NCBI GenBank assembly: GCA_036679645.1
Contig: JAZDCY010000062.1
Coordinates: 1 to 24,656 of the forward strand
Direction of reading: 5' to 3'
Source: Gemmatimonadota bacterium
GTDB taxonomy: Bacteria > Gemmatimonadota > Gemmatimonadetes > Gemmatimonadales > GWC2-71-9
DNA length: 24,656 nt
Position 1 is the stretch's first letter. The number at the start of each line of letters is the position of its first letter. Of this stretch, positions 1 through 8,340 are shown in pieces. The notes beneath the pieces were generated by a model that did no database searches, was not told where the DNA came from, and saw only the letters and a program-made list of their open reading frames with translations. The translations under genes were made by a program, and so were the position numbers.

Positions 1-1319
1 CCGAAGAACTCGAGCGCTTCGGCCACCGATGCATCTACGACCTCACCGATGCGCTTCCCTGCCACGAGGACGCTCTGACTCTCCCGCTTCAGCCGGTGTC
101 CGTCGCACGCGTCGCACGCGACTGCAGACATGTACGCCTCGAGCTGGGAGCGCACCGCGTCCGAGCTGGTCTCCTCGTGACGCCGCTCAACGTTGACGAG
201 AATGCCCTCCCAGGCAGTCTCGTAGCGCCCCCGGCCACGTTTACCCCGGTAGGAAAACGCCAGCTTGTCTACCGCGCCCTCGAGCAACACCGTGCGCGCG
301 CGCTCGGGCAGATCGCCCCACGGCTTCGTGAGGTCGAACTCGAACACGCGGGCAAGGGTTGGCAGAACGGTCTTCCGCAGGTATCCCGACGGTTCGCCCC
401 ATGGCAGCACCACGCCCTCGAGGATCGAGATTCTCGGATCGCCAAGCACCAGATCGGCACTCACCACGCGGCGGGTACCCAACCCCCCACAGGTCTCGCA
501 TGCGCCGTAGGGCGAATTGAACGAAAACTGCCGGGGCTCCAGCTCGGGGAGCGAGTAGCCACAGGTCGCGCAGGCAAACCGCTCGGAGAACACCGTTCCG
601 GACCCGTTGGAGATGACCTCGACGAGGCCCTCGGCGGCGCGCAGCGCGGTCTCGACGGAATCGTGCAGCCGCCCGCGATCGTCCGCTCGGACGACGAGCC
701 TATCCACCATGAGGCCGATGTCGTGGTTGACCCGTCGATTCAGTTTGGGGGGATGGGCAAGGTCATGCACCGCACCATCGACCCGTGCACGCACGAACCC
801 CTGCCGTCGGGCTCCTTCGAACAGATCCTTGAACGCCCCTTTTCGCCCGCGCACGAGCGGGGCGATAATCTCGATCTTCGATCCATCGGGCCACGCCAGT
901 ATGGCATCGGTGATCTGCGATGCGCTCTGCCGGCGGATGGGCGCCCCGTCGTTCGGGCAGTGCGGGACACCTACACGCGCCCACAGGAGACGCAGGTAGT
1001 CGTAAATCTCCGTCACCGTCCCCACAGTAGAGCGGGGATTGTGCCCGGTGGTCTTCTGCTCGATGGAGATTGCCGGCGACAGCCCCTCGATGGCATCGAC
1101 GTCGGGTTTCTCCATCAGGCCCAGGAACTGGCGCGCGTAGGACGAAAGCGACTCTACGTAACGCCGCTGCCCTTCGGCGTAGATCGTATCGAACGCGAGC
1201 GACGACTTCCCTGAGCCCGACAGCCCCGTGATCACGGTCAGGCGATCCCGCGGGATCGACACTGTGATATCCCGCAGGTTGTGAACGCGGGCGCCGCGGA
1301 CGATGAGGTGTTCTTCCAT
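1..1319 (-). CDS. uvrA: Excinuclease ABC subunit A, N-terminal part (runs off the left edge)
   Basis: Not in ORF track. Manual translation from ATG at 1319 gives [59 protein letters not shown] (Walker A); same frame later gives [22 protein letters not shown] and [10 protein letters not shown] zinc-finger motifs. Confidence 0.98.
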   Translation of the reverse strand, partial: MEEHLIVRGARVHNLRDITVSIPRDRLTVITGLSGSGKSSLAFDTIYAEGQRRYVESLSSYARQFLGLMEKPDVDAIEGLSPAISIEQKTTGHNPRSTVGTVTEIYDYLRLLWARVGVPHCPNDGAPIRRQSASQITDAILAWPDGSKIEIIAPLVRGRKGAFKDLFEGARRQGFVRARVDGAVHDLAHPPKLNRRVNHDIGLMVDRLVVRADDRGRLHDSVETALRAAEGLVEVISNGSGTVFSERFACATCGYSLPELEPRQFSFNSPYGACETCGGLGTRRVVSADLVLGDPRISILEGVVLPWGEPSGYLRKTVLPTLARVFEFDLTKPWGDLPERARTVLLEGAVDKLAFSYRGKRGRGRYETAWEGILVNVERRHEETSSDAVRSQLEAYMSAVACDACDGHRLKRESQSVLVAGKRIGEVVDASVAEALEFF

Positions 1320-1370
1320 AGCCTTGGAACGTAGGCGTGGACCGGAGCGTCGGTCAACGGAGGGGGGGTA

Positions 1371-1400
1371 GAGAGGGGACGGGTGACCGGCCCCTTTTTT
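1371..1400 (+). terminator. Intrinsic terminator-like hairpin with GTGA (GNRA) loop and T6 tail
   Basis: GAGAGGGGACGG-GTGA-CCGGCCCCTTTT pairs with one mismatch; T run at 1395-1400. Confidence 0.45.
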
Positions 1401-1405
1401 CCTCC

Positions 1406-1434
1406 TTGCAGACTCTCCTTCTAAGAGATAGTTT
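1406..1434 (+). promoter_or_regulatory. Putative sigma70 promoter of the cutA operon
   Basis: TTGCAG (1406-1411), 17 bp spacer, TAGTTT (1429-1434), 42 bp upstream of cutA. Confidence 0.55.
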
Positions 1435-1476
1435 CGCTGCCCCTTCACATCTCTGGACTCCCGGCGCGGAGCGGGC

Positions 1477-1845
1477 TTGGCCGAGCGGAACGAAGATGGC
1501 GCCCAGGTCGTATTCACGACGCTGCCCGACGGCGCGGCGGCGCGTGAACTGGTGCGCCGGCTCGTCGATACGCGAATTGTGGCCTGCGGCACGGTCCTCG
1601 AGGGCGTACGCTCTATCTATAGGTGGGAGGGGGATATGAAGGAGGAACGGGAAGCGCTGGTGATGCTGAAGACCACCGGTGCGCGCTGGCGGGACCTGGT
1701 CGCGGCAGTGGAAGTACTCCATCCCTACAACGTCCCGGAACTGCTGGCGGTCCCGGTGGATCAAGCGCTGCCCCGGTATATGGAGTGGCTCGTAGAAGAA
1801 ACCGACATTTCAAGAACCACCGACGCTCCGAAGGAATCGGAATGA
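1477..1845 (+). CDS. cutA: Divalent-cation tolerance protein CutA
   Basis: VFTTLPD..ARELVRRLV..RIVAC, SIYRWEG, LHPYNVPELLAVPV motifs; 122 aa; TTG start with GGAG upstream. Confidence 0.93.
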   Translation: MAERNEDGAQVVFTTLPDGAAARELVRRLVDTRIVACGTVLEGVRSIYRWEGDMKEEREALVMLKTTGARWRDLVAAVEVLHPYNVPELLAVPVDQALPRYMEWLVEETDISRTTDAPKESE

Positions 1846-2636
1846 CGCCAACCCGCCGCCATCGCTACCGCCGCCGCCGGGCCGAACTCTACGCCGAGGC
1901 GCTGCGCGAGCGAGCCGCCGACGATCAAAACGGACGTGATTCGGGAGAACACCGCGCGCTCCCCTTCGAGTTGCTGGCGGAGACGCCGTCCGCGGCGGTG
2001 CCAGCGCCTAGCGCGACGCCAAATGCGGACCTGCTGCTGCACGCGGCCCAGGAGGCCGCATTGCGGGGAGAATCGGGTCGCGCCATCTCGATCTTCCGCG
2101 AACTGCTCGGCTCAGCTCCCAATAACATCGCCGCGCGCAACCTGCTCGCGCGCGCGCTCTCACGTGCCGGTCAGCGTGAGACGGCGCTGGAGGAACTCAC
2201 GGCGTGCCTGGACCGCGATCCCGACCATACGCAGACACTGGTCAGCCGGGGGGCGGTACTCGGTGAGCTATGTCAGTTCGGCGAAGCGGAGGCAGACCTG
2301 CGGCGCGCGCTCCAGAACGATCCAGGCAACGCCGAAGCGCACCTGAACCTCGGCATCGTCACTTCGCGCAGAGGGCTGTGGCGCGACGCCATCCCGCACC
2401 TGCGTCGAGCGGTGGAGCTGGACACCGGATCCGCGGGAGCCTATTGCCGCCTCGGCGAGGCCCTCAACCACGTCGACGACCTGGACGGTGCCCTCCACGC
2501 GTTCCAGCGGTCCGCGGAACTTCGGCCGACGTACCCCAAGGCGCTCCGCGGCCTCGGGATCGTCTTCGACCGGCTCAACCGCCCGGACGAAGCAGCCCAG
2601 ATGTACCGCCGGTCGCGGGAACTAGCTGGCACGTGA
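1842..2636 (+). CDS. Tetratricopeptide-repeat protein with Arg-rich N-terminus
   Basis: ATG at 1842 overlaps cutA stop (ATGA); about six TPR-like units (e.g. AEAHLNLGIVTSRRG, AYCRLGEAL, ALRGLGIVFDRL). The ORF-track start at 1623 lies inside cutA. Confidence 0.88.
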   Translation: MTPTRRHRYRRRRAELYAEALRERAADDQNGRDSGEHRALPFELLAETPSAAVPAPSATPNADLLLHAAQEAALRGESGRAISIFRELLGSAPNNIAARNLLARALSRAGQRETALEELTACLDRDPDHTQTLVSRGAVLGELCQFGEAEADLRRALQNDPGNAEAHLNLGIVTSRRGLWRDAIPHLRRAVELDTGSAGAYCRLGEALNHVDDLDGALHAFQRSAELRPTYPKALRGLGIVFDRLNRPDEAAQMYRRSRELAGT

Positions 2637-3133
2637 TTCAGGTGGTGGTGGACGACCTGGCGTTCATCGAAGCCGACGCCATCGTCCGTCCCGCCACAGC
2701 CTCCCTCGAACCCACTACGCCCAGCCTGCGCCGGCTCGAGCACGTGGGCGGCCCCACATTCTGGCAACGCCTCTCGGTACAAGACCCGCTCCCGGTGGGC
2801 GCGGCCGTAGTCACGGGAGCAGGCGAGTTGGCGGCCGATCTGGTGATCCATGCTATCATTACCAGCGTCACCGAACCCGTGACCGTGGCTGGGGTGTATC
2901 AGGCGCTGATCAGCGTCTGGCAGCGGGCCGCCGACTGGCAGCTCGCGCGCGTGGCCATCCCCCCGATCGGGACCGGTGCCGGTAACTTGTCTATGGAGGA
3001 CGCCGCCGATGTCATCCGCGGCACCCTGCCTGACGTCGAACACGGACCGTTCCCCCGGCAGGTGACGATCGTGGTGCAGAACGAACAGGAAAAGGCCGTG
3101 TTCGACGCGCGTCTCCAGCACCTGCCCGGATGA
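2633..3133 (+). CDS. Macro domain protein (YmdB/Appr-1-p-like fold, degenerate catalytic loop)
   Basis: GTG at 2633 overlaps TPR stop (GTGA); IQVVVDDL..EADAIV, GAAVVTGAGEL.ADLVIHA, VAIPPIGTGAG match the macrodomain pattern. Confidence 0.85.
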   Translation: MIQVVVDDLAFIEADAIVRPATASLEPTTPSLRRLEHVGGPTFWQRLSVQDPLPVGAAVVTGAGELAADLVIHAIITSVTEPVTVAGVYQALISVWQRAADWQLARVAIPPIGTGAGNLSMEDAADVIRGTLPDVEHGPFPRQVTIVVQNEQEKAVFDARLQHLPG

Positions 3134-4677
3134 ACCGCCGGTTCGTCGCCGGATTGGTGCTCCTTTCGTGGGTAGGCGCCCTGTCATGGTTGGTGCGCCG
3201 CGAGTATCGGCACGAAGGCGCCGACCCCCTGACTGAGGCCGCGTTCACTCTCCCCCCCAGTGCCACCTATTTCGCCATCTCGCTTGGCGGGCAACAGATC
3301 GGCTATGCGTCCAGCACGATCGATACGCTCGCGGACACGCTCCGTGTCACGGACGTCATGACGCTCGAGATCCCCGTGCTGGGCAAGATCAGGCGGACGA
3401 ACGCCCGTACAGAGGCGGTGCTCTCACGGAGCTTACGCCTGCGCGAGTTCACGGCCTGGCTTCGCAGTGATGGGGCGCGATTCACCGCGACAGGACGCGT
3501 AGACGGTGATTCGGCCCTATCGGTTGATTTCACCGCCGGCTCTGAGACCGAGCATCACGACGTCCGACTCGACCGTCCCATCGTGCTGCCGTCGCTGATG
3601 CCACTCAACATCGCATTTGGCGGCGAACTCGAGGTGGGCCGGTCCTACACGCTCCGCATCTTCGATCCGCTCCTGCTGCAGGATCGTGACGTAACGATCG
3701 AGGTCTCTGCGGAGTCCACCTTCGTGCTCGCCGACAGCGCCGTGCTCGATTCAGCCTCCTCACGGTTCGTGCCCGTCACGTACGACACGGTACGCGCGTG
3801 GCGCCTGTCGTCCGCCGGGCAGGCCGGGTCGCTCGAGACCTGGATCGACGACCTGGGACAGGTCGTGCTCGCCACATCGCCTGTCGGCTTCAGAGTGGAG
3901 CGCATGGCGTTCGAGATCGCCTACGAGAACTTCCGCCGCGCAGCCGGGCCCGTGGACGCGTCCCGTATGCGAGCCGCGCCTCCCGGAAACGTGATCCGCC
4001 AAACGGCAATCGCGTCCGACGCGGTTTTTGACGCGGATTCCCTCGACACCCTGAGGGTTCGCCTAGGCGGGGTAGACGTTGGCCGCTTCGATCTCGACGG
4101 CGATCAGCAGTCCCTCACCGGCGACACGCTCACGATGCGGCGCGCAAACGACGCCCAGCTCAGCCCGTCGTACCGGCTGCCCGCCCGTGCACGACAATTC
4201 GGGTCGTTCCTCCGCTCCGAACCGCTGCTGCAGGTGAGTGACCCTCGAATTCGCGCTCAGGCCCGCCAGATCGTGGGGCGGCAGCGCCGGCCGCGGCGCG
4301 CGGCGGAGGCGCTCACGCGTTGGGTGTACCAGAACATCGACAAGCGGGCCACGGTGAGCGTGTCGGGTGCGCTCGAGGTGCTCGAGAGCCGCCGCGGGGA
4401 CTGCAACGAGCACACGGTACTCTTCGTCGCGCTGGCCCGATCGGTCGGCCTTCCGGCGCGCACGGCCGCCGGACTCATCTACCTCGAGGGCAGGTTCTAC
4501 TACCATGCCTGGCCCGAGGTTTATCTCGAAGGGTGGGTCCCTGTAGACCCCACATTTGGCCAGTTTCCCGCGGACGCGGGCCACATGCGGTTTACTATTG
4601 GCGGGTTGGCTCGACAGCTCGAGCTGATTCAGCTCATAGGACGCCTGCAGGTCGATGTGGTCGATATCAATGGGTGA
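3130..4677 (+). CDS. Membrane-anchored transglutaminase-like (TGc) domain protein
   Basis: N-terminal TM helix; C-terminal GDCNEH, YHAWPEVY and WVPVDPT give an intact Cys-His-Asp triad; ATGA overlap with macro gene. Confidence 0.9.
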   Translation: MNRRFVAGLVLLSWVGALSWLVRREYRHEGADPLTEAAFTLPPSATYFAISLGGQQIGYASSTIDTLADTLRVTDVMTLEIPVLGKIRRTNARTEAVLSRSLRLREFTAWLRSDGARFTATGRVDGDSALSVDFTAGSETEHHDVRLDRPIVLPSLMPLNIAFGGELEVGRSYTLRIFDPLLLQDRDVTIEVSAESTFVLADSAVLDSASSRFVPVTYDTVRAWRLSSAGQAGSLETWIDDLGQVVLATSPVGFRVERMAFEIAYENFRRAAGPVDASRMRAAPPGNVIRQTAIASDAVFDADSLDTLRVRLGGVDVGRFDLDGDQQSLTGDTLTMRRANDAQLSPSYRLPARARQFGSFLRSEPLLQVSDPRIRAQARQIVGRQRRPRRAAEALTRWVYQNIDKRATVSVSGALEVLESRRGDCNEHTVLFVALARSVGLPARTAAGLIYLEGRFYYHAWPEVYLEGWVPVDPTFGQFPADAGHMRFTIGGLARQLELIQLIGRLQVDVVDING

Positions 4678-4694
4678 GTCGATACTCAACTGAT

Positions 4695-5453
4695 ATGATC
4701 AGACTCGAAGGACTTACCAAGCGATACGGCGGGTTCACCGCCGTCAACGCGATCGAACTCCACGTGCCGCGGGGCGAGCTGTTCGGGTTTCTCGGCCCTA
4801 ACGGCGCCGGAAAGACGACGACGCTCCGCATGATAGCTGGGATCATGCGGCCGACCGCCGGCAGGATCTGGCTTGGAGGCGACGATGTCATCGCGGCACC
4901 CATGGCCGCGAAGCGCCGGCTCGGGTTCATCCCCGACAGGCCGTTCATCTACGAGAAGCTGACGGGCGGTGAGTTCCTGCGGTTCGTCGCCGGCCTCTAC
5001 GGCCACGATGGGGAAGGACTGGAGCGGCGGATCGACGAGCTACTCGCTCTCTTCGAGCTCACAACCTGGAAAGACGAGCTCGTCGAAGCCTACAGCCACG
5101 GCATGCGCCAGAAGCTCATCATCTCGAGCGCGCTCGTGCATCGACCTGAGGTCATTGTCGTCGATGAGCCCATGGTGGGGCTCGACCCCAAGGGCGCCCG
5201 ACTCCTGAAGGATATCTTCCGCACCTTTGTGGACCGCGGCGGGACGGTCCTGATGAGCACCCACACGCTCGATGTTGCCGAGGCAATGTGCGACCGGATC
5301 GCGATCATCCAGGCAGGCAAGATCATCGCCCAGGGCACCATGTCGGAGTTGCGCGAGCAGACCGCCGCCGGCGACGCCTCGCTGGAAGAGCTTTTCCTCA
5401 AGCTCGTTGGCGGGAGTGCGGTGCACGAGCTGGCCAACATTCTCAAGGGCTGA
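4695..5453 (+). CDS. ABC transporter ATP-binding protein (ABC-2/exporter type)
   Basis: ATG at 4695; Walker A GPNGAGKTT, signature YSHGMRQK, Walker B IVVDE, H-loop STH. Confidence 0.95.
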   Translation: MIRLEGLTKRYGGFTAVNAIELHVPRGELFGFLGPNGAGKTTTLRMIAGIMRPTAGRIWLGGDDVIAAPMAAKRRLGFIPDRPFIYEKLTGGEFLRFVAGLYGHDGEGLERRIDELLALFELTTWKDELVEAYSHGMRQKLIISSALVHRPEVIVVDEPMVGLDPKGARLLKDIFRTFVDRGGTVLMSTHTLDVAEAMCDRIAIIQAGKIIAQGTMSELREQTAAGDASLEELFLKLVGGSAVHELANILKG

Positions 5454-7139
5454 ATGAGCACACTGGTTCACGTGCTCGGCCCCAAGTGGCGCACCGCACG
5501 CGCGCGCGTTCGCCAGGAGAGCGACAGCGGCGGGCGCGGCAAGGTGATGATCCTCGGCACATTGGCGATCGTCTTCTGGTTGGCCGTGTTCGGGGTCCTG
5601 TACCGCGTCTTGACCTATTTCCGCGGCGTCGAGGAGATCGGGCCGCTCCTCGCCGGCAAGCTCCTAGGCCTGGCGCTCCTGTCATTCCTGGCAATCCTGC
5701 TGCTCTCCAACGTCATCACGGCGCTTTCATCGTTCTTCCTGGCCAAGGACCTCGATCTGCTGGCGTCGTCCCCGGTGGACTGGTTGCACATCTACCTGGC
5801 CAAACTGGGCGAGACGCTCATTCACAGCTCGTGGATGGTCGGAGTGATGGCAGTGCCGATTTTTGCCGCTTACGGCGTGATATACGACGGCGGCTGGTTG
5901 TTCGCGCCGTTCGTCCTACTCGCGTTTCTGCCGGTGATCATCGTGCCCGCCGTGGTCGGAAGCGCGGTCACGCTGATCCTGGTCAACGTCTTCCCAGCTC
6001 GACGCACGCGCGATTTACTCTCGGTCATCACCATCGCGGCAGCGGGCATCTTGGTGCTCCTCTTTCGGATCATCCGCCCCGAGCAACTGGCCCGGCCCGA
6101 GGGCTTCCGCAACCTGCTCGATTTCATCACCGTTTTGCGCGCGCCCACATCGCCGTTCCTGCCGAGTGAGTGGGCCACCAACAGCATCATGGGGTACCTG
6201 GTGGGCCCGTTCGATGGGTTCAACCTCGTACTCCTGTGGAGCACAGCCGGCGCGTTCGTCGTCGTGGGGGCAATGCTCCACTGGCGGCTGTATCCGACCG
6301 GCTTTACCAAGGCCCAAGAAGGCGCCGAGCGATTCGTGCATGGCGACCTGTGGAACGCGGCCATGCGGCCGCTCGCGAGCGTGCTCTCTGTGTCCAAGCG
6401 CGAGTTCATCATCAAAGACATCAAGCTCTTCTTCCGCGACACGACGCAATGGAGCCAGCTCATTCTGCTCGGCGTGCTGGTCATCATCTACGTGTTCAAC
6501 ATTCGCGCGCTCCCTCTTTTCTCTGGAGAGCGCGTTCCGTTCTTCTTCGTGACGCTGGTGTCGTTCTTGAACCTCGGGTTGGCAGGGTTCGTGCTCTCAT
6601 CGATCGCGGCACGTTTCATCTTCCCCGCAATCTCGCTCGAGGGGCGCCAGATGTGGCTGCTCCGATCGAGTCCGCTCGACTTGCGCGCACTGATGTGGTC
6701 GAAGTACTGGATTGGCACCATTCCGCTTCTGGTGCTCGCACTGCTCATCACGGTGCTCACGAACGTGATGTTGCAGGCCACCACGTTCATGATGCTTCTC
6801 AGTGTAGGGACGATCGTTCTGCTGACCCTGGCGATTGCCGCCATGGCACTTGGATTCGGCGCGCTATACCCTCAGTTCGAAACCGAGAATGCCGCGCAGA
6901 TTCCCACATCGTTTGGCGGACTCGTTTTCATGATGACGACCATAGTGCTCCTTGCGGTGGTCATCGTGATCGAGGCCATCCCTGTCTACGGATACCTGCA
7001 GGCGACGTTTCAGGGCCGGCCGGTGGAGATCACGCCGCTCATGATCGGCGCGTTCGTTCTGGTGGTGGTGGTCTGCACGTTCGCGACCGTGTTGCCGTTG
7101 AGGATCGGGTTGAAGAAGATGGAGGAGTTCGAGTTTTAG
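5454..7139 (+). CDS. Putative ABC exporter permease, about 13-14 TM helices
   Basis: 561 aa, highly hydrophobic, internally duplicated (DLDLLASSP..YLAKL vs SLEG..WLLRSSP..LMWSKY); abuts the ATPase stop. Confidence 0.85.
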   Translation: MSTLVHVLGPKWRTARARVRQESDSGGRGKVMILGTLAIVFWLAVFGVLYRVLTYFRGVEEIGPLLAGKLLGLALLSFLAILLLSNVITALSSFFLAKDLDLLASSPVDWLHIYLAKLGETLIHSSWMVGVMAVPIFAAYGVIYDGGWLFAPFVLLAFLPVIIVPAVVGSAVTLILVNVFPARRTRDLLSVITIAAAGILVLLFRIIRPEQLARPEGFRNLLDFITVLRAPTSPFLPSEWATNSIMGYLVGPFDGFNLVLLWSTAGAFVVVGAMLHWRLYPTGFTKAQEGAERFVHGDLWNAAMRPLASVLSVSKREFIIKDIKLFFRDTTQWSQLILLGVLVIIYVFNIRALPLFSGERVPFFFVTLVSFLNLGLAGFVLSSIAARFIFPAISLEGRQMWLLRSSPLDLRALMWSKYWIGTIPLLVLALLITVLTNVMLQATTFMMLLSVGTIVLLTLAIAAMALGFGALYPQFETENAAQIPTSFGGLVFMMTTIVLLAVVIVIEAIPVYGYLQATFQGRPVEITPLMIGAFVLVVVVCTFATVLPLRIGLKKMEEFEF

Positions 7140-7262
7140 GTGCTCAGTTGCACAGGTGCTCAGTTGCTCAGGGGTGATGAACGGGACCTTCTGAGCACCT
7201 GAGCACCTGAGCACCTGAGCGTCTGAGCGTCTGCTGCGTCTGCTGCGTCTGCTGCGTCTGCT
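7140..7262. repeat. Inverted arrays of 8-9 bp tandem repeats between convergent genes
   Basis: Left GTGCTCAG/TTGCACAG/GTGCTCAG/TTGCTCAG (7140-7171); 19-nt spacer; right CTGAGCAC x3, CTGAGCGT x2, CTGCTGCGT x3 plus partial. CTGAGCAC is the reverse complement of GTGCTCAG. Confidence 0.92.
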
Positions 7263-7269
7263 CTACACG

Positions 7270-8217
7270 CTACGGCGTACCGTCGGCATCCCGCCCAATC
7301 CGGTAGGGTATCCCCACCAGATTCGCCCGGTAGTCATCCTCTTCGTCCGTCGCGAAGGCCTGTGAGTCAATCGCATCGACGATGATCCGCCCACGACCCG
7401 CACGCCGCACGGTCCACTCGCGCACGTAGTCGCCCGCATCATTGGGAGGCATGCGCACCCGTATCCACCCACGAGCGTTCGGGTTGCCATGGAACAGGTG
7501 GAGGAAAACGAACTCTGGCGGCCTGTTATCTAGTTCGCTTTCATTGACGACACTCGCCACCACCCGCACGACATCGCCGATCTCGAGCTGCGGAATGCGT
7601 CCCTCGTCGATATCGAGAATGCGCAACGGCTCCTCGACCACGAGCTGCGAGACGCCGTTGACGAACACCTCGATCCGCGCCAGGTCGATCGTGCGCTTCC
7701 CCGGGTCGGTCATGCGCCATTCCCGCGCACTGACCCCAACCAGCCGCCAGTGGCGGCCCTGATCGTCCGTCGTCTCACGGCGCACGAAACGCGCGTGCTG
7801 GACGGCCTGATGCTGCATGGGCTTCGACGTGGGGTTGCGCACGTCGTCGGCGGTCCTGTCCAGCAGAAACGCCCCATCGAAGGTCATCACCCACACGACG
7901 TCGGCTACGTTGTCGGCGATCTCTACCCGGCGCTCGCGCGAGACCGGCTCGCGATGCCGACGGCCCCACAACCGAACGAGCGGCACCTCGACCTGGGCAT
8001 CGGCCCGGAGAAATCCAAAACTGAAGGACGTGCCGAGGCTGAAATTCCCGACCGCCCCATCGTCACCAAAGACGTCGGCGAACCATCCGGACTCATCCAG
8101 GATCGCCGTGATTTCCTGCTTGTCCTGGTCCGATGCGTTCCCCGGCTCCAGCGTATCGCTGCACGCGGCTAGGCTCACGAGTGTCGCGACGCACAGAGTG
8201 GATAAGTATCGCTGCAT
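7270..8217 (-). CDS. Hypothetical lipoprotein
   Basis: ATG at 8217 with GGAG upstream; signal peptide MQRYLSTLCVATLVSLAA-C (lipobox LAAC); no family recognised. Confidence 0.8.
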   Translation of the reverse strand: MQRYLSTLCVATLVSLAACSDTLEPGNASDQDKQEITAILDESGWFADVFGDDGAVGNFSLGTSFSFGFLRADAQVEVPLVRLWGRRHREPVSRERRVEIADNVADVVWVMTFDGAFLLDRTADDVRNPTSKPMQHQAVQHARFVRRETTDDQGRHWRLVGVSAREWRMTDPGKRTIDLARIEVFVNGVSQLVVEEPLRILDIDEGRIPQLEIGDVVRVVASVVNESELDNRPPEFVFLHLFHGNPNARGWIRVRMPPNDAGDYVREWTVRRAGRGRIIVDAIDSQAFATDEEDDYRANLVGIPYRIGRDADGTP

Positions 8218-8309
8218 GACTGCGCTCCCGTCAGATGGTCTCAAGAGTATCGGTCACCAATGTGGTGCCTTCCACCCGAGAGACGCGATGCGGTGTGTGT
8301 TGTTAAGGG

Positions 8310-8325
8310 TGTGACGCAGATCACG
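8310..8325. promoter_or_regulatory. CRP/FNR-family-like binding site
   Basis: TGTGA-CGCAGA-TCACG, 9/10 match to TGTGA-N6-TCACA, about 95 bp upstream of the lipoprotein start. Confidence 0.4.
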
Positions 8326-8340
8326 CGCCCCCTGGTCGTG

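Noticed and set aside
96..1214. 372-aa + strand ORF
   Set aside because: Antisense shadow of uvrA, typical of high-GC DNA; no recognisable motifs.
1623..1841. ORF-track N-terminal extensions (also 2270, 4320, 13247, 18802, 20485)
   Set aside because: Extensions overlap neighbouring genes or precede clear signal peptides; coupled or RBS-supported internal starts fit better.
4695..7139. ABC pair as the missing CcmA/CcmB
   Set aside because: Permease is 561 aa vs about 220 for CcmB, lacks CcmB motifs, and is in a different, convergent operon.
7140..7262. CRISPR array
   Set aside because: Units are 8-9 bp with no unique spacers; no cas genes.
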